From NCBI GenBank assembly GCA_951406725.2, contig OX597825.1:70370001-70434000 (forward strand): a DNA stretch of 64,000 nt. Reading direction: 5' to 3'. The notes beneath the pieces are model-generated. The model made no database searches, was not told the origin of the DNA, and was given only the letters and a program-made list of their open reading frames with translations. Each line of letters begins with the position of its first letter. The stretch's first letter is position 1. The stretch is from Octopus vulgaris (Eukaryota). Positions 28,565 to 42,274 of the stretch are shown in pieces. The position numbers and the translations under genes are program-made.

Positions 28565-29089
28565 TACGTACATATATATACATGTGTTTGTATATGTGTG
28601 TGTGTGTGTGCGTGTATGAATATATGTATGTACGTATGTATGTATAATAAAAGGTTGACTCAGTTCATTACTTTTAGTATTTTTGAGGGTACCGAACACT
28701 GGACGTGTTCAATAAATGTGTAACAGAGTTAGCGTGTTGTTGTTGTTGTTGTGTATCATCCAAAATATTGCCAAATCGTGTCTACTTGACTCCCACCACA
28801 TCCTTCACAATAGTCACCAGACCGTTTTGTAGCTCAAGTAGCTGTTCAAAATACTAAACAGGAAAAAACATAGAAAGAGATAATAAAGTAGTGGTGATTC
28901 CAAAACGAAGGTGCGCGTGCGTGTGTATAAGGGAGCATTGTGTGCGTGTGGAAGAGGGCTGGTGACCTTGCCATGTGCATGTGTGTGTGTGTGTGTGTGT
29001 GTAGGTGCGCTTCGCTGTTAAAAGTTTATACAATCCACTTTTTGAGTAAAAGTTATGAATTATCCATGTTGAGTTTGTTTAGTCATGAT

Positions 29090-29690
29090 AGGCGCAGGAG
29101 TGGCTGTGTGGTAAGTAGCTTGCTAACCAACCACATGGTTCCGGGTTCAGTCCCACTGCGTGGCATCTTGGGCAAGTGTCTTCTGCTATAGCCCTGGGCC
29201 GACCAATGCCTTGTGAGTGGATTTGGTAGACGGAAACTGAAAGAAGCCAGTCGTATATATGTATATATACATATATATATATATTTGCTCTTTTATTTGT
29301 TTCAGTCATTTGACTGCGGCCATGCTGGAGCACCGCCTTTAGTCGACCAAATCGACCCCGGGACTTATTCTTTGTAAGCCCAGTACTTATTCTATCTGTC
29401 TCTTTTGCCGAACCGCTAAGTAACGGGGACGTAAACACACCAGCATCGGTTGTCAAGCAATGCTAAGAGGACAAACACAGACACACAAACATATACACAC
29501 ACACTTATATATATATATACATATATACGACAGGCTTCTTTCAGTTTCCGTCTACCAAATCCACTCACAAGGCATTGGTCGGCCCGGGGCTATAGCAGAA
29601 GACACTTGCCCAAGATGCCACGCAGTAGGACTGAACCCGGAACCATGTGGTTGGTTAGCAAGCTACTTACCACACAGCCATTCCTATATT

Positions 29691-29741
<51 letters not shown>

Positions 29742-29960
29742 GTGTGTGTGTGTGTGTGTCTGTGTCTTTCCCCCCAATATCGCTTGACAACCGATGCTGG
29801 TGTGTTTACATCCCCGTCACTTAGTGGTTCGGCAAAAGAGACCGATAGAATAAGTACTGGGCTTACAAAGAATAAGTCCCGGGGTCGATTTGCTCGACTA
29901 AAGGCGGTGCTCCAGCATGGCCGCAGTCAAATGACTGAAACAAGTAAAAGAGTAAAGAGT
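29090..29960. mobile_element. Family A SINE (+) with a second family A SINE (-) nested in its microsatellite
   Basis: Head at 29090-29255, inverted full copy at ~29285-29690, tail at 29760-29960. Confidence 0.9.
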
Positions 29961-30058
29961 ATATCCTCACTCGTCACTTAAGTGACTTAAAAGGGTGGGG
30001 ACGCTACAAAAAAAAAGGGTTAAGGTCCACTGCTTTACACGATGTGTGTTGAAAAAGC

Positions 30059-30378
30059 ACGTAATTCACCGCTGTAAGAGAACTTTGAGACGTCACGGTG
30101 TTTCGACCTTATTGTCCGTCTTCTGTATCAAAGCTACCCCACTGGGCAGATGAAACTAACAAGAGTCTACAAGAACTATTAAGAATGAATAGATATATTG
30201 TTATTTCGATTCTCGTTGCTCTGCCTACAGTTCACGAATTATTCTCGGTTTGGAAGACTTCAGCACGCATCAGTAAATTGTTTGTTGATTTCAATAAACT
30301 AAAGTCTGCAGTTTTGAGAGATGGGTAGCATTGACTGAAGAGACAAAATAAGTTCGAAATAACATCAGTGAATTACGT
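30059..30378. mobile_element. Inverted pair of degenerate hammerhead motifs (pLTR-like)
   Basis: Minus: CTTTGA-TA-CAGAAGA-CG-GAC-AATAAG-GTC-GAAAC..GTC-TCAAAG. Plus: CATTGA-CTGAAGA-GAC..TTC-GAAA. Outer IR ACGTAATTCAC/GTGAATTACGT. Confidence 0.55.
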
Positions 30379-30404
30379 ACACTACAAACATATATTGTCT
30401 CAAG

Positions 30405-30617
30405 CAGTATTTCTCAACCGGGGTCCATATGGCCCTTGGTGGGAACCATATGAGATTTTGTTGTTAAAATGTATCAGCACGCACAAAATATTTTAACAAC
30501 TTTTATTTATAAAAATATAATTGGATTTTTTTAAACATTAAATGGTTATAAGGGTCCACCTGAGCAAAATGGGAATTAAAGGGGCCATAGATTTTAAAAA
30601 ATGGTTGAAAACCACTG
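30405..30617. mobile_element. hAT (Charlie/MER5-like) MITE
   Basis: CAGTATTTCTCAACC...GGTTGAAAACCACTG, with the 8-bp TSD GTCTCAAG/GTCTAAAG. Confidence 0.85.
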
Positions 30618-31187
30618 GTCTAAAGTGAGAAAGAATATGTTCTCCCTTCTTTTACGTGGAAATGTTCTCCCATCGCCCTGCCTCGTGGTGGCTCTCTCTC
30701 TTTCGGTGGGTCATTTCCGCTCGTTATGATACAAATACAAATCCCTTTAAATAAAAAGTGAAACCTAACAGTTTGTTGTCTAAATTAAAATTCCAAACTT
30801 ATCTTTGATGACGTCAACTTCCAATTAAAAAGTTCTTTGCATAACTTTTTCTATAGATATTAACATTTTGAAGAAATGATTTTGTGTTAAAGTACTTAGT
30901 ACGCGATATCTTAGAATGCAAACTAGGAATAAATATGCTGTGAGAGACTAACAGACAGACAGGCAAAAGTCACCCGACAGTAAATCGAGACCATTTAATT
31001 CCAAGATTTATGTTTAACAACTGAATGAATTCAATAAAGGCATCTAAATACAGAATTACAGATATATTTATAGAATTTTGATTTACTGTCGGATGACTTT
31101 TGGCCAATCCTGTATGTGTATATATATATATATATATATCTATATATATTTATATGCACTCACATGTATATCTATATATATATACAC

Positions 31188-31230
<43 letters not shown>

Positions 31231-32100
31231 TATACAAGGTGGTTGGATTATGAGTTTATTTATTTATTGATAAGAGTCAGATATGGTGCGAAATATAAAT
31301 ATTATTAGCAGGGGTATTTGTAAGGGTTTGATAAAGACTTGATTATGAGAAACAACCCAATCCCATCCTTCTCTCTGCTTCTTTCTTTCCTTCTCTCTCC
31401 CATTCTTTTTCTGTCTCTCTCTCACTCCCTTTGTCTCTTTCTCTCTCTTCTTCTTTCCTTTCCTCTTAGTCTCTCTCTCTCTCTTTCTTGTTCTATTTAC
31501 ATTTTTCCTTCGGTTGTCATGGCAATATAATGTTTTATACAATAAAGGGATAGCAACTACTTGTAAAATTCCTTAACTTAAACCACAGCCTATTATCTAT
31601 CACCGCAGCCTATATCTGTCACCGCACAGTGCTCCCACCGATTTCTCCCTCGCATCTCCTATTTACTGCCACCCTCTACGACGACGACAACTACTACTAC
31701 TACTTCTACTACTACTAATACTACTACTTCTTCTTCTTCTTCTTCTTCTTCTTCGACATTTTAGCTGATAGTCTGTGAAACCGAGGCGAAATAAGATCAC
31801 CGTTTGACATTCTTTTGGGAAAAAGGTTTCTATGTTGAGCAACCAGTAGGCATTCCTCGATGCTATAGTTGTTTTCTCTTGTTGCTTTTATCAGCCTTTT
31901 CTTGCTTTTGCCCATTCCATCCACACCCACAAACTTACCATAAACAAACTCGGGACTGTTGTCATAGCAATAGGGCGTGTTTGCATGTGTGTGTGTGTGT
32001 GGTTGGGGTGAGACCGATGTATGCTTGGTTTCGGTGTGTGTGTGTGTAATTATGTATTTGCATATATCTACGTATTTATGTATATGTTTGTATATACATG

Positions 32101-32184
<84 letters not shown>

Positions 32185-32454
32185 GAGAGATAGATAGATA
32201 GATAAATGGATAGATAGATAGACAGACAGATAATGTGTGTTTGTGTCTGTGTGTGTGTGTGTGTGTATGTATTGTAAGGATTACTGGGGCTTCTAGTTTC
32301 GCCTACCGTCATGTTACACACACACACACATAACAATCAGCAAATAATCACTTGTTCTTAAAAGTACTTTAAAATAACATTATTCTAATACATGCACACA
32401 CACGTGTGTGCATGTGTGTTGTATGTATATGTATCAATATGTTTGTATGCAATA

Positions 32455-32890
32455 GGCGTAGGAGTGGCTGTGTGGTAAGTAGCTTGCTTACCAATCACAT
32501 GGTTCCGGGTTCAGTCCCACTGCGTGGTACCTTGGGCAAGTGTCTTCTACTATGGCCTTGGGCCGACCAAAGCCGACACATAAATATATGTGTATGTGTG
32601 TATGTTTGTGTGTCTGTATTTGTCACCCCCCACCACCACCACCAACATCGCTTGACAACTGTATGTGAGGGCAAGTGGCTTAGCGGTTAAGGTATCCAAC
32701 TTAAGATCATAAGGTCGTGCGTTCAATTCCTGGCGGTGCGGAAACAGCAAATCAAGCAAATTGACCCAAGGACTTATTCTTTGGAAGCCTAGTACTTATT
32801 CTATCGGTGTCTTCCGAACCGCCAAGTTACAAGGACGTAAATTCACCAGCATCGGTTGTCAGACACAAATATATACATGCACACACACAC

Positions 32891-32950
<60 letters not shown>

Positions 32951-33125
32951 ATACATATATACGACGGGCTTCTTCCAGCTTCCGTCTATCAAATCCACTC
33001 ACAAGGCATCGGTTGGCCCGAGGATATAAAAGAAAACACTTGCCTAAGGTTCCACACAGTGGGACTGAACCCGGAACCATGTGGTTGGTAAGCAAGCTGC
33101 TTACCACACAGCCACTCCTACGCCT
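32455..33125. mobile_element. Two family A SINEs in opposite orientation
   Basis: Plus copy at 32455-32660, minus copy at ~32760-33125. Confidence 0.8.
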
Positions 33126-33377
33126 AATATTTAACTTAAAACCTTGTGTAAAAATCTCACGTTCTTTCTTCCTCACTCTGATGACCAAAGATCATTAGTG
33201 ACGTCTTTGAGAAACGATAAATGCTTGCTCTATAATTTTCACTTGGATTACAAAAGTGGTTTCCTGTTGCCTTCCTTCCGGTAATTTTTTTGCAAGACAC
33301 CATCTTGCTGTCTTGACATAATCATGGTCTTCGCAACGGCTTACAAATTTAGAATGTAAAGAACCGTGACAAAAATA

Positions 33378-33608
33378 CCTATTTCTTTACTGCCCACAAG
33401 GAGCTAAACACAGAGAGGACAAACAAGGACAAACAAACGGATTAAGTCGATTATATCGACCCCAGTGCGTAATTGGTACTTAATTTTATCGACCCCAAAA
33501 GGATGAAAGGCAAAGTCGACCACGGCGGATTTGAACTCAGAACGTAATGGCAGACGAAATACAACTAAGCATTTCGCCCGGCGTGCTAACGATTCTGCCA
33601 GCTCACCG
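33378..33608 (-). mobile_element. SINE family B, full length
   Basis: Matches the family B consensus. Confidence 0.85.
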
Positions 33609-33704
33609 AAATATCTTAAGACATTATTGCTGCACTTTCTTGCAATTCTGCCACTTTCCTACCTTTGACCTGTTAAGCTATTTTATCAATCCCTCAAATA
33701 AACT

Positions 33705-34085
33705 CACTTAAGCGCTTCATTCCCTATGGAGCATCGACCATCAATCACTTTTCTCTGATGTTCCCTGTCCTGGACCGTCCTTTCTCCTTCTCTTCGGTTT
33801 GATCCCTGTTTCTCTCAGCCGTGTAGTTTTGCTGCATCCAGTCAGATTTTGCGGCTTCGCATTCTCCTGAGGGGAGGCCTTCCCCTCCCAGGTCTTGTAG
33901 GTTGTGAACTGTTATCGATGCTTCTATAACTTGACCCTTTTTTTCTTTCTAGGTAAAGGTGTTGGCCTTATGCAAACCCATTTGTATTTCTGGTAACAGA
34001 TGGTCCATATTAATCTGGCTTTTATCTTTTGACTTGTCCAGCAAATGAGACTTTGTGTTCTGCTGGCATAACACTCAAGGTCATT
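33705..34085 (-). mobile_element. Old RTE-derived fragment, possibly an internally deleted 5'+3' derivative
   Basis: Minus frame VQDREHQRKVIDGRCSIGNEALK resembles RTE ORF ends. Upstream GGGTTTGCATAAGGCCAACACC resembles RTE 5' UTRs. Confidence 0.45.
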
Positions 34086-35419
34086 ACGATCTGGACCTTG
34101 TGGTGGTCTTAAAAAGTTAATCTCGATTATATTTGAAATAAGAACATAAAAGAACTAGAAAAAATACCGCAAAAAATTTCTTCAGGTGCATCTAACGATT
34201 CTACTAGATTGCAGTTTATACAAAATCCTTTAATCAGCAAATGATGCTCAAGTCTTTATTGACAAAATCGCTGGAACGTCGGATAGAATGCATCATGGTA
34301 TTTGTTCCGACTATCTGGAAACTAAGTTCAAATCACATCGCGGTCAACTTTACTTTCTATTCTTTCAGGGTCGATAAAGTGAAATACCAATCCATGGCTG
34401 TGGATTAGGAAACAGTAAGACTGTCGGACTGTATGCATTGCGATTTCTGCTCCGGCTCTTTGTGTTCTGAGTTCAAATCACGCCAAGGCTTAACATCATC
34501 ACTACCTGGCCCTTAAGGGATCTGTTACGAAGTCTACTTTTTTTTTCTTTTGCTACAAGTATTCAGATTGTGTTGTTTTCCCTATCAGGGTACATGCTAT
34601 CCACGAAGAGAGAGGGGGAATTAAAGGGGCCTCGGAGAAGGACACGTTAGATATCCTCAGTTCACTGAATCCTTTCAAACCTTTTGATTATTTTGAAAAT
34701 TAAGTGAAAGCCAGTTTATTCTAATAGAAAAGTGGAAGACACTTGCCCAAGGTGCCACGCAGTGGTACTGAACCCAGAACCATGTGGTTGGTAGGCAAGC
34801 TACTTACCACCTTTATTTTTGAAATGACGTTGTATAATTTTAGGAATGATTGGCTATCATTTCTTGCAAGTGAGCTTGGTTGGCTATTATTGTTGTTGTT
34901 CTTGCCTTTGTTGTTTCTATTGCTGTTATTATTGTTACTACCATCGTTGTTGTTGTTGTTGTTACAATTGCTATTGCTGTTTTTGATGTTGTTGTTGTTC
35001 TTCTTCTTCTTGTCGAGGTCGACGTCGCTTTTGTTGTTATTATCGTTGTCCTTGTTTTTGTTACTGTTGACCTATAAAAGGCACACCTCGAATGAGAACT
35101 TGAAATAAAATTCTCAAATCCTTGTAACATTCACTTCTCTATTTAATTCACACGCACACACACATACATACTAATGCACACACACACACGTATTCTCTCT
35201 TACACCCACACACTCATTCATTCACACATACACTAGTACATCCACATAGACTCTTGTTTGAAACACACGCATATATGTAGGTACGCACAGATACATGTAA
35301 GTGCGTAAGTGCATAAATATATACACGCATGCATGTACCAATTTATATATGACATCACATATATATGCACAGCACGCATATCTTACGCACTCATATAATA
35401 TAATATTTTATATTATAGG

Positions 35420-35880
35420 GTGCGTGCTGGCAGAATCGTTAGCACATCGGGCAAAATGCTTAGCAGTATTTCGTCTGTCGCAACGTTCTGAGTTCAAATT
35501 CCGCCTTTCATCCTTTCAGAGTCGATTAAATAAGTACCAGTTACGCACTGGGGTCGATCTAATCGACTTAATCCGTTTGTCTGTCCTTGTTTGTCCCTTC
35601 TGTATTTAGCCCCTTGTGGGCAATAAAGAAATAGGTATTTCGTCTGTCGCTACGTTCTGAGTTCAAATTCCGCCGAGGTCGACTTTGCCTTTCATCCTTT
35701 CGGGGTCGATTAAATAAGTACCAGATACGCATTGGGGTCGTTTGTCTGCCCTTGTTTGTCCCCTCTGTGTGTAGCCCCTTGTGGGTAGTAAAGAAATAGG
35801 TATTTCGTCTGTCGTTACGTTCTGAGTTCAAATTCCGCCGAGATCGACATGCCATTTTATCCTTTCAGGGTCGATGAATT
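35420..35880 (+). mobile_element. Family B SINE tandem array (two full units plus one partial)
   Basis: The junction AAAGAAATAGGTATTTCGTCTG occurs twice. Confidence 0.85.
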
Positions 35881-36054
35881 AAGGGTACTTTTCGGTTATC
35901 TCACCCACATTTAAAAATTACCATTAAAAATTTCCCCACTAAAAATTTGAATTTATGTGGCGACAAGAGATTGGATTAAAAGGGTTTAGATCCTTTTGAT
36001 TCAGTACTTCAACGCATTGTTGACGTTTGGGCCCCCTCAATAAGCATGGTATGA

Positions 36055-36438
36055 TCTCTCTCTATATAAACGGCAGTTTGTCTGTGCGTGTTTCTGTGTG
36101 TCTGTTTTCTTGTACCCTCACCCTGACCACGGCTTTCAACCGATTCTGATGAAACTTGACACACACATAGCCCAATGTCATAATTCAAAACTAACGCAGC
36201 GAAAATTTTGAAAAGTTCCCCCAGTTCTGAAAAAAAATCGATAAATTCTTCATAGGGTCGAGAATCAGAAACACAAACCGCAAACTGTCTAGGGGACGCA
36301 ACTCCACCTTTTTTAACTAAAAAAAAAATTTACCATCATTTTTTTCCATCTTTTGGCTATTTTTTGGCTATAACTCTCTAAAAATGCTTTATAGTTATTT
36401 CCCTTACAAACCTGAGCAACGCCGGGTGATACTGCTAG
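36055..36438 (+). mobile_element. Non-autonomous Helitron
   Basis: A|TC 5' end, AACCGATTCTGATGAAACTTG motif, subterminal hairpin CCTGAGCAACGCCGGG and CTAG|T 3' end. No TSD. Confidence 0.8.
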
Positions 36439-37589
36439 TTTCTTATAAAAATATTATCAGATTCAATAAGATGTTTAATTTTTTCAGTTTTCATGCTTAT
36501 TAATTAAATTTCTTTTAATTAGCCCAGAACAGTCTTAATGCAGCACACTTACGATTTCAGATGTTCCAACCACGACCATTCTGTTTTGTTTTTATTCAGT
36601 CATAGTGCATCTAGGACTACATTATCATGTGTGTCCTTCTTTCCTGATCAGACATTAATTCTCTTACCTTCTTTTACTTGTTTCAGTCATTTGACTGCGG
36701 TCATGCAAGAACACCAATTTACGGGGGAAATAGGCTGTTATTTCTATTCTAACTGTCCCATCGTTGCGCCACACACTTCCCATGTCCCATATTTACTGAC
36801 CAGGCATCAATCGGCCTGGGTCTATAATAGAAGACATTGGCTCAAAATATCGCGCAGTGGGACTGAACCCAAAACCACGTGGTTGGAAATGAGCTTCTTA
36901 AACCTACTTGAATATCTCTCCGCCTGTATCCTTCATCCTTCCTTCTTTTTTTTCCTGCTATTTCTAAACATTCCAAACCACCACATGGCTTTCAACTTTT
37001 GTGAAGGTTAATAATATAATTCTACGACGAAGTGGGCGAGAACTTTTCATGGTTAGTGTAAAAATAAATGGGATGAAATCTGATACAAAGATTGTTGGAG
37101 ATTTTTTTGTTACATATATATATAACAAGCTTAATAAGATAAAAGGACTCGCAATAATTGTTTAGGTCTACGGTGAATGAGGTGTGGTTCCTATTGTCTT
37201 ATAAAGACCTTCATTAAACATCCACCGCCGCATTATCACGAACTGCCTATCATATTCGATGCTACTTTGAAATTAGATCCCTCGCTGAAGACATTTCAGT
37301 AGAAGATTTCTTTCTGCTAGGTTGGTGGTGCACTCGTAAAAGTGGGTAAATGGGTAGGGAGGTAGGTAGATAGGTAGGTGGGTTTCAGATGGGTGGGGAG
37401 GTACAGAAAGAGTTAGGTCGAAGGCCTGGTTGATAGGGAGGTAGGTAGGTAGGTGGGTGAGTGGGTAAGTAGGAAGATAGATAGGTAGACAAGAGTTTAG
37501 GTAGATAGATAGAGAGAGAGACAGAGAGAGATAGAGACAGGGACAGACAAACAGACAGACAGACAGACAGATAGATAAGAGTTAGGTAG

Positions 37590-37623
<34 letters not shown>

Positions 37624-37732
37624 AAGAGACAGATAGAGAGAGAGAGAAGAGACAGATAGATAGAGAGAGAGAAGAGACAGATAGATAGAGAGAGAGAGAA
37701 GAGACAGATAGAGAGAGAGAGAAGAGACAGAC

Positions 37733-37776
<44 letters not shown>

Positions 37777-38364
37777 GTAGATTGATAGGTAGATAGATAG
37801 GGATCGTTAGTAGGTAAGGGTTCGTACGTACGGCGGGTGAGAGACAGAAAGGTAGAAGGGTGGATAGGTAGTTGCGTGGGTTGGACCGTGGGTACCGCAG
37901 TTTGTTCTTGTTTGTTTTTTTATTTGTGGAGGAAAACATCTGATAACAGTGAAAAGGCGGGAAGGCGGCGGGATTGGTGATGGAAGAGGAGGAGAAGGAG
38001 GAGGCAGTAATTGTGTTGAAGATGTTGTGGCCTGATGTGTCTATATGTGAATTGGGGTTTAATTGTTTGGGTTGTTGTTTCTCTGAAGGTCGATAGAAAC
38101 CAAAAATGTCTGCCTTCAAGATGAAGAAGCATGGACAGGAACGAAAGATAACAACTTAGGTTCTTGAGAAGCAGAGTTAGACAAGGTGTTATGACGAACG
38201 TACAGGCGCTCGCATCAGCGTGGTTGTGCGTGTGCATACGCATACATACATACATACATACATACATACATACATACATACATACATACATACATACATA
38301 CATGCATACATATATGCATACATAGCCTGTTGATGTTGAAATTCCTATGAAGGAGCCTTGGCTC

Positions 38365-38760
38365 CTTTCTTACTCTTTACTCTTTTGCTTGTTTCAGTCA
38401 TTTGACTGTGGCCATGCTGGAGCACCGCCTTTAGTCGAGCAAATCGACCCCAGGACTTATTCTTTGTACTTATTCTATCTGTCACTTTTGCCGAACCGCT
38501 ATGTTACGGGGACGTAAACACACCAGCATCGGTTGTCAAGCGATGTTGGGGGGACAAACACACACACACACACACACATATATTTATATATATATGACGG
38601 GCTTGTTTGAGTTTCCGTCTACCAAATCCACTCACAAGGCTTTGGTCGGCCCGAGGCTATAGTAGAAGACACTTGCCCAAGGTGCCACGCAGTGGGACTG
38701 AACCCGGAACCATGTGGTTCGTAAGCAAGCTACTTACCACACAGCCACACCTACGCCTAT
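38365..38760 (-). mobile_element. SINE family A, full length
   Basis: Matches the family A consensus. Confidence 0.9.
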
Positions 38761-39491
38761 TGACAAGAAATTTTGAAATGAAACTGAATAATGACATTCG
38801 TACATATAGACAGACAGACAGATAAACAGACAATGAGAAAAGAGAGAGAGCGAGAGAGTCGGGTCGAACCATATCTAACTTCAAGCTTATCTATGAAAGA
38901 ACAGATATAAGATATGCAGACAAAAGACCTAAAAACAAAATGACAAAATGATTGAGAACAGAGCGTTAGTGTGAAGAGGAAGTAGGACTGAACCAGCTAT
39001 GCAAGGCTTTAAAATGTACATCCTTTCCCATGAATTTGCGGAATTTCAGACAAAAATCAACTTATTGTTGTCACTTCTATTGTGAATCTATTCAGACTTT
39101 TTTTTTTACATATATATATACCAACGCCCTTTTCAAATTATTTAACATAGTGGCCTTATTCTTTTGTCAAATCGATTTAACATTGAAACGCTGAATACTT
39201 TTCTTGTGAATATATATATATTGGTTACAAATTTTGGCACAAGGCCAGTAATTTGGGGGGTGGAGTCAATTACACAGACTCCAGGGTTCACCTGGTACAA
39301 TTTTATCGATTTCGAAAGGCTGAAGTTGACCGCGTCAGAATTTAAACTCAAAACGTAAAGACGGACGAAATGCCGCTAAGCATTTTGCCCTGCGTGCTAA
39401 AAATTCTACCATCCCACTGCCTTTTCTTTCCTCCACCTCACTCTCTATTTTGTATCTTATCTAAATTATTATTTAACCATCCTCTCACACC

Positions 39492-39543
39492 GTCTCCGAT
39501 GAAGGGATATAATTAATAAATATCCTGGAAATAGCTGTAAGAC
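39492..39543 (+). ncRNA. Type I hammerhead ribozyme (CCGAUGA core)
   Basis: Stem I GUCU/AGAC; stem II GGGAUAU/AUAUCCU; GAA; stem III AUAGCUGU. GUA cleavage predicted after 39539. Confidence 0.7.
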
Positions 39544-40073
39544 CTTCTGTCTATAAATGTTCTGAAATCTACACAGCCTTGGGTTTTTTTATCTCGTTAC
39601 GAAAAAATTTCATATACACACGCTGACATATGACCAACGTTGAACCCCTTATTCGCATAATCACCGAACCTGAAACTTAACTATGGTCTTCTATAGCACT
39701 TATTCAGCATTACCTGACACATTTGGCTCACAATGACACTATTACCTCTCGTAACCTATATATATATTTATATTCAGCATTACCTGACACATTTGGCTCT
39801 CAATGACACCATTACCTCTCATAACCTATATTTATTTATATATATATAATCTTGAATGACTTAAAGTTTCAGTATTAAATAATACGATAATCGTTGTATT
39901 TCTTCAGGTTTCGTAAGCCGAATTACAAATACGAAAAAAAAATCATGCATGGTACGACGATTATCGTATCGTTGATACAGAAACCTAAAGTCTTGAATGT
40001 AAGTCTCCATAGCCGGTATCATTCAATAAATATGGAAGTTTCTCTGTTTTGTCGTTACATGCAGTTTGTTACT

Positions 40074-40171
<98 letters not shown>

Positions 40172-40344
40172 GATTTTACTCATAAGGTATTGGAATCTTA
40201 CATGTATACCATTCTGCCTATAAAATGGATCTACAAATGCAATATCCTTACATATCTCACGTGTATTTTCTTTTATTTCCTCCACCTCACTCTCTAGTTT
40301 ATATCTTATCTAAATTAACTATTTCTTAAGCACCCCCTCACACC

Positions 40345-40392
40345 GTCTCCGATGAAGGGATATAATAAATACCCTGGAAACAGCTGTAAGGC
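40345..40392 (+). ncRNA. Type I hammerhead ribozyme (CCGAUGA core)
   Basis: Stem I GUCU/AGGC; GGG/CC-based stem II; GAA; palindromic stem III ACAGCUGU. GUA cleavage predicted after 40388. Confidence 0.75.
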
Positions 40393-41071
40393 CTTCTATC
40401 TATAAACGTTCTAAAATCTACACACCCTTGATTTTTTTTATATCATTACGAAAAAAAAATATATATATACGACGTGCTTCTTTCATCCCCCGTCTACCAA
40501 ATCCCAAATTTTGGTCGACCCGAGACTATGATAGAAGACACTTGATAGAAGAAACGAGCTTCTTACCACCCAGCTGTGCCTGCACCTATTATACTTGTAT
40601 ACTTTTATTTGTTTATCATTTGACCGCGGTCATGATGGAGCACTGCTTTAAATGGATGTAGTCGAACAAATCAAACCCAGGACTTATTCTTTGTCGTATG
40701 CTGAACTGTTAAGTTACGGGGACGTAATCACACCAACACTAGTTGTGAAGCGGTGATGGGGGCGGGGACAAACACAATTATACATACATATAAAATTTAA
40801 CGGTTTCTTTTTTTTTTTTTAATGCTGTTGGGATCAAATCGACCCCGTTACCTCTTTTGAGGTCCACAACTTATTGTACTATGTTTCGGGGATGTAAACA
40901 AACCGACACAAAATGTCAAACGGTTAGAGGCTGACATAAAGAATCGCGTACAAGTGTGTGTGTGTTTGTGCGTGTGTGTGTACAAGTGTGTGTTAACGCC
41001 GAGAGAGTGTGTATCTATCTGAATTTAATTCATGTGAATAAGAAAATGCGAAAAGTATGTGCATGTATTTG

Positions 41072-41107
<36 letters not shown>

Positions 41108-41243
41108 GGTGTGTGTATATGTGTGTGTGTCAGTGTGTGTGCACACAAACTTTACATATCAAATTCTTCTGCTCCGTCCTTCATCTTAAAATTATTCTCT
41201 TATCAGTGTGACCCGGCAAACTGTTAAATTTCTAGCGCTCTAT

Positions 41244-41285
<42 letters not shown>

Positions 41286-42047
41286 GTCTTTCCTTCCTCG
41301 CTCCTTCTCCTTCTCTCCTTTTCTCTCCCTTTCACTCTTCGCTTTACACTCTCCTTCCCTTCCCTCCATGTCTCCTATTCAAGCTAAGTTTCCCGTCTCA
41401 GCTGTCCTCCATCCCCCCCCACTACATTCTTAACCGACTTGTTAATACATTTATACATTAAACGACCCAGTGAGGGAGAACTTCAAAACTTCTAAATGGC
41501 TTCTTGACCTAACAGAAACGACAGCCAAATTTGAATCGTGTCAATATAGTCCAAATAACACAATGACCGCGAGAAAGAGAGTGAGTTAATTATGTCTGGA
41601 ATGCCTTTAATTATAGGTTTGCCAGAAACAACAACCGAATGTGAATCGTATCTCTATAGTCCCAGATATACAATGCCCTCAAGAAAGAAGGGTGGGTTGA
41701 TTGCGTCCGGAATGTTTTTAATTGTAGGTCTGCTCAGCCCAGAGTGACCAGGAGGTTAAACAACAATGATAACACTTTATACATTTTACAGCTTGGCCTT
41801 AAATGTAAAAAAAATATATATATAGAAAGGTATGCCCACTACCTTTATGAAACATCCACTGTCTGTGGCTTACTTCCTACGCCGCTTTTCATTTAACAAG
41901 AGTTGCTGCCACGTGGAGGGAGGAATGGAGGACGGGAGAAAAACAGAAGACATGGGGAAAAAATGGAAGAAGCGGATATTGTGAAGCATGTTTGAAAAAG
42001 CTTGCGGAACAGAAGTCTTTAAGAGAGAGAAAAAAAAAGTATCGATG

Positions 42048-42208
42048 ATGCAGGAGTGGTTGTGTGGTAAGTAGCTTGCTAACCAACCGCATTGTTCCGG
42101 GTTCAGTCCTACTGCGTGGCACCTTGGGCAAGTGTCTTCCACTATAGCCTCGGGCCGACCAAAGCCTTGTGAGTGGATTTGGTAGACGGAAACTGAAAGA
42201 AGCCTGTC

Positions 42209-42274
<66 letters not shown>

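Larger units (their letters stand above)
39423..40465 (+). mobile_element. Element bounded by two ~190-bp hammerhead-bearing direct repeats (39423-39615, 40270-40460)
   Basis: Repeats share TTCCTCCACCTCACTCTCTA..CACCGTCTCCGATGAAGGGATAT..GGAAA(T/C)AGCTGTAAG..TTACGAAAAAA. Internal ~70-bp tandem duplication at 39700-39830 and a (CA)n tract. Confidence 0.75.

Noticed and set aside
36140-36165. CTGATGAAAC motif
   Set aside because: It is part of the Helitron's AACCGATTCTGATGAAACTTG motif, and there is no stem II.
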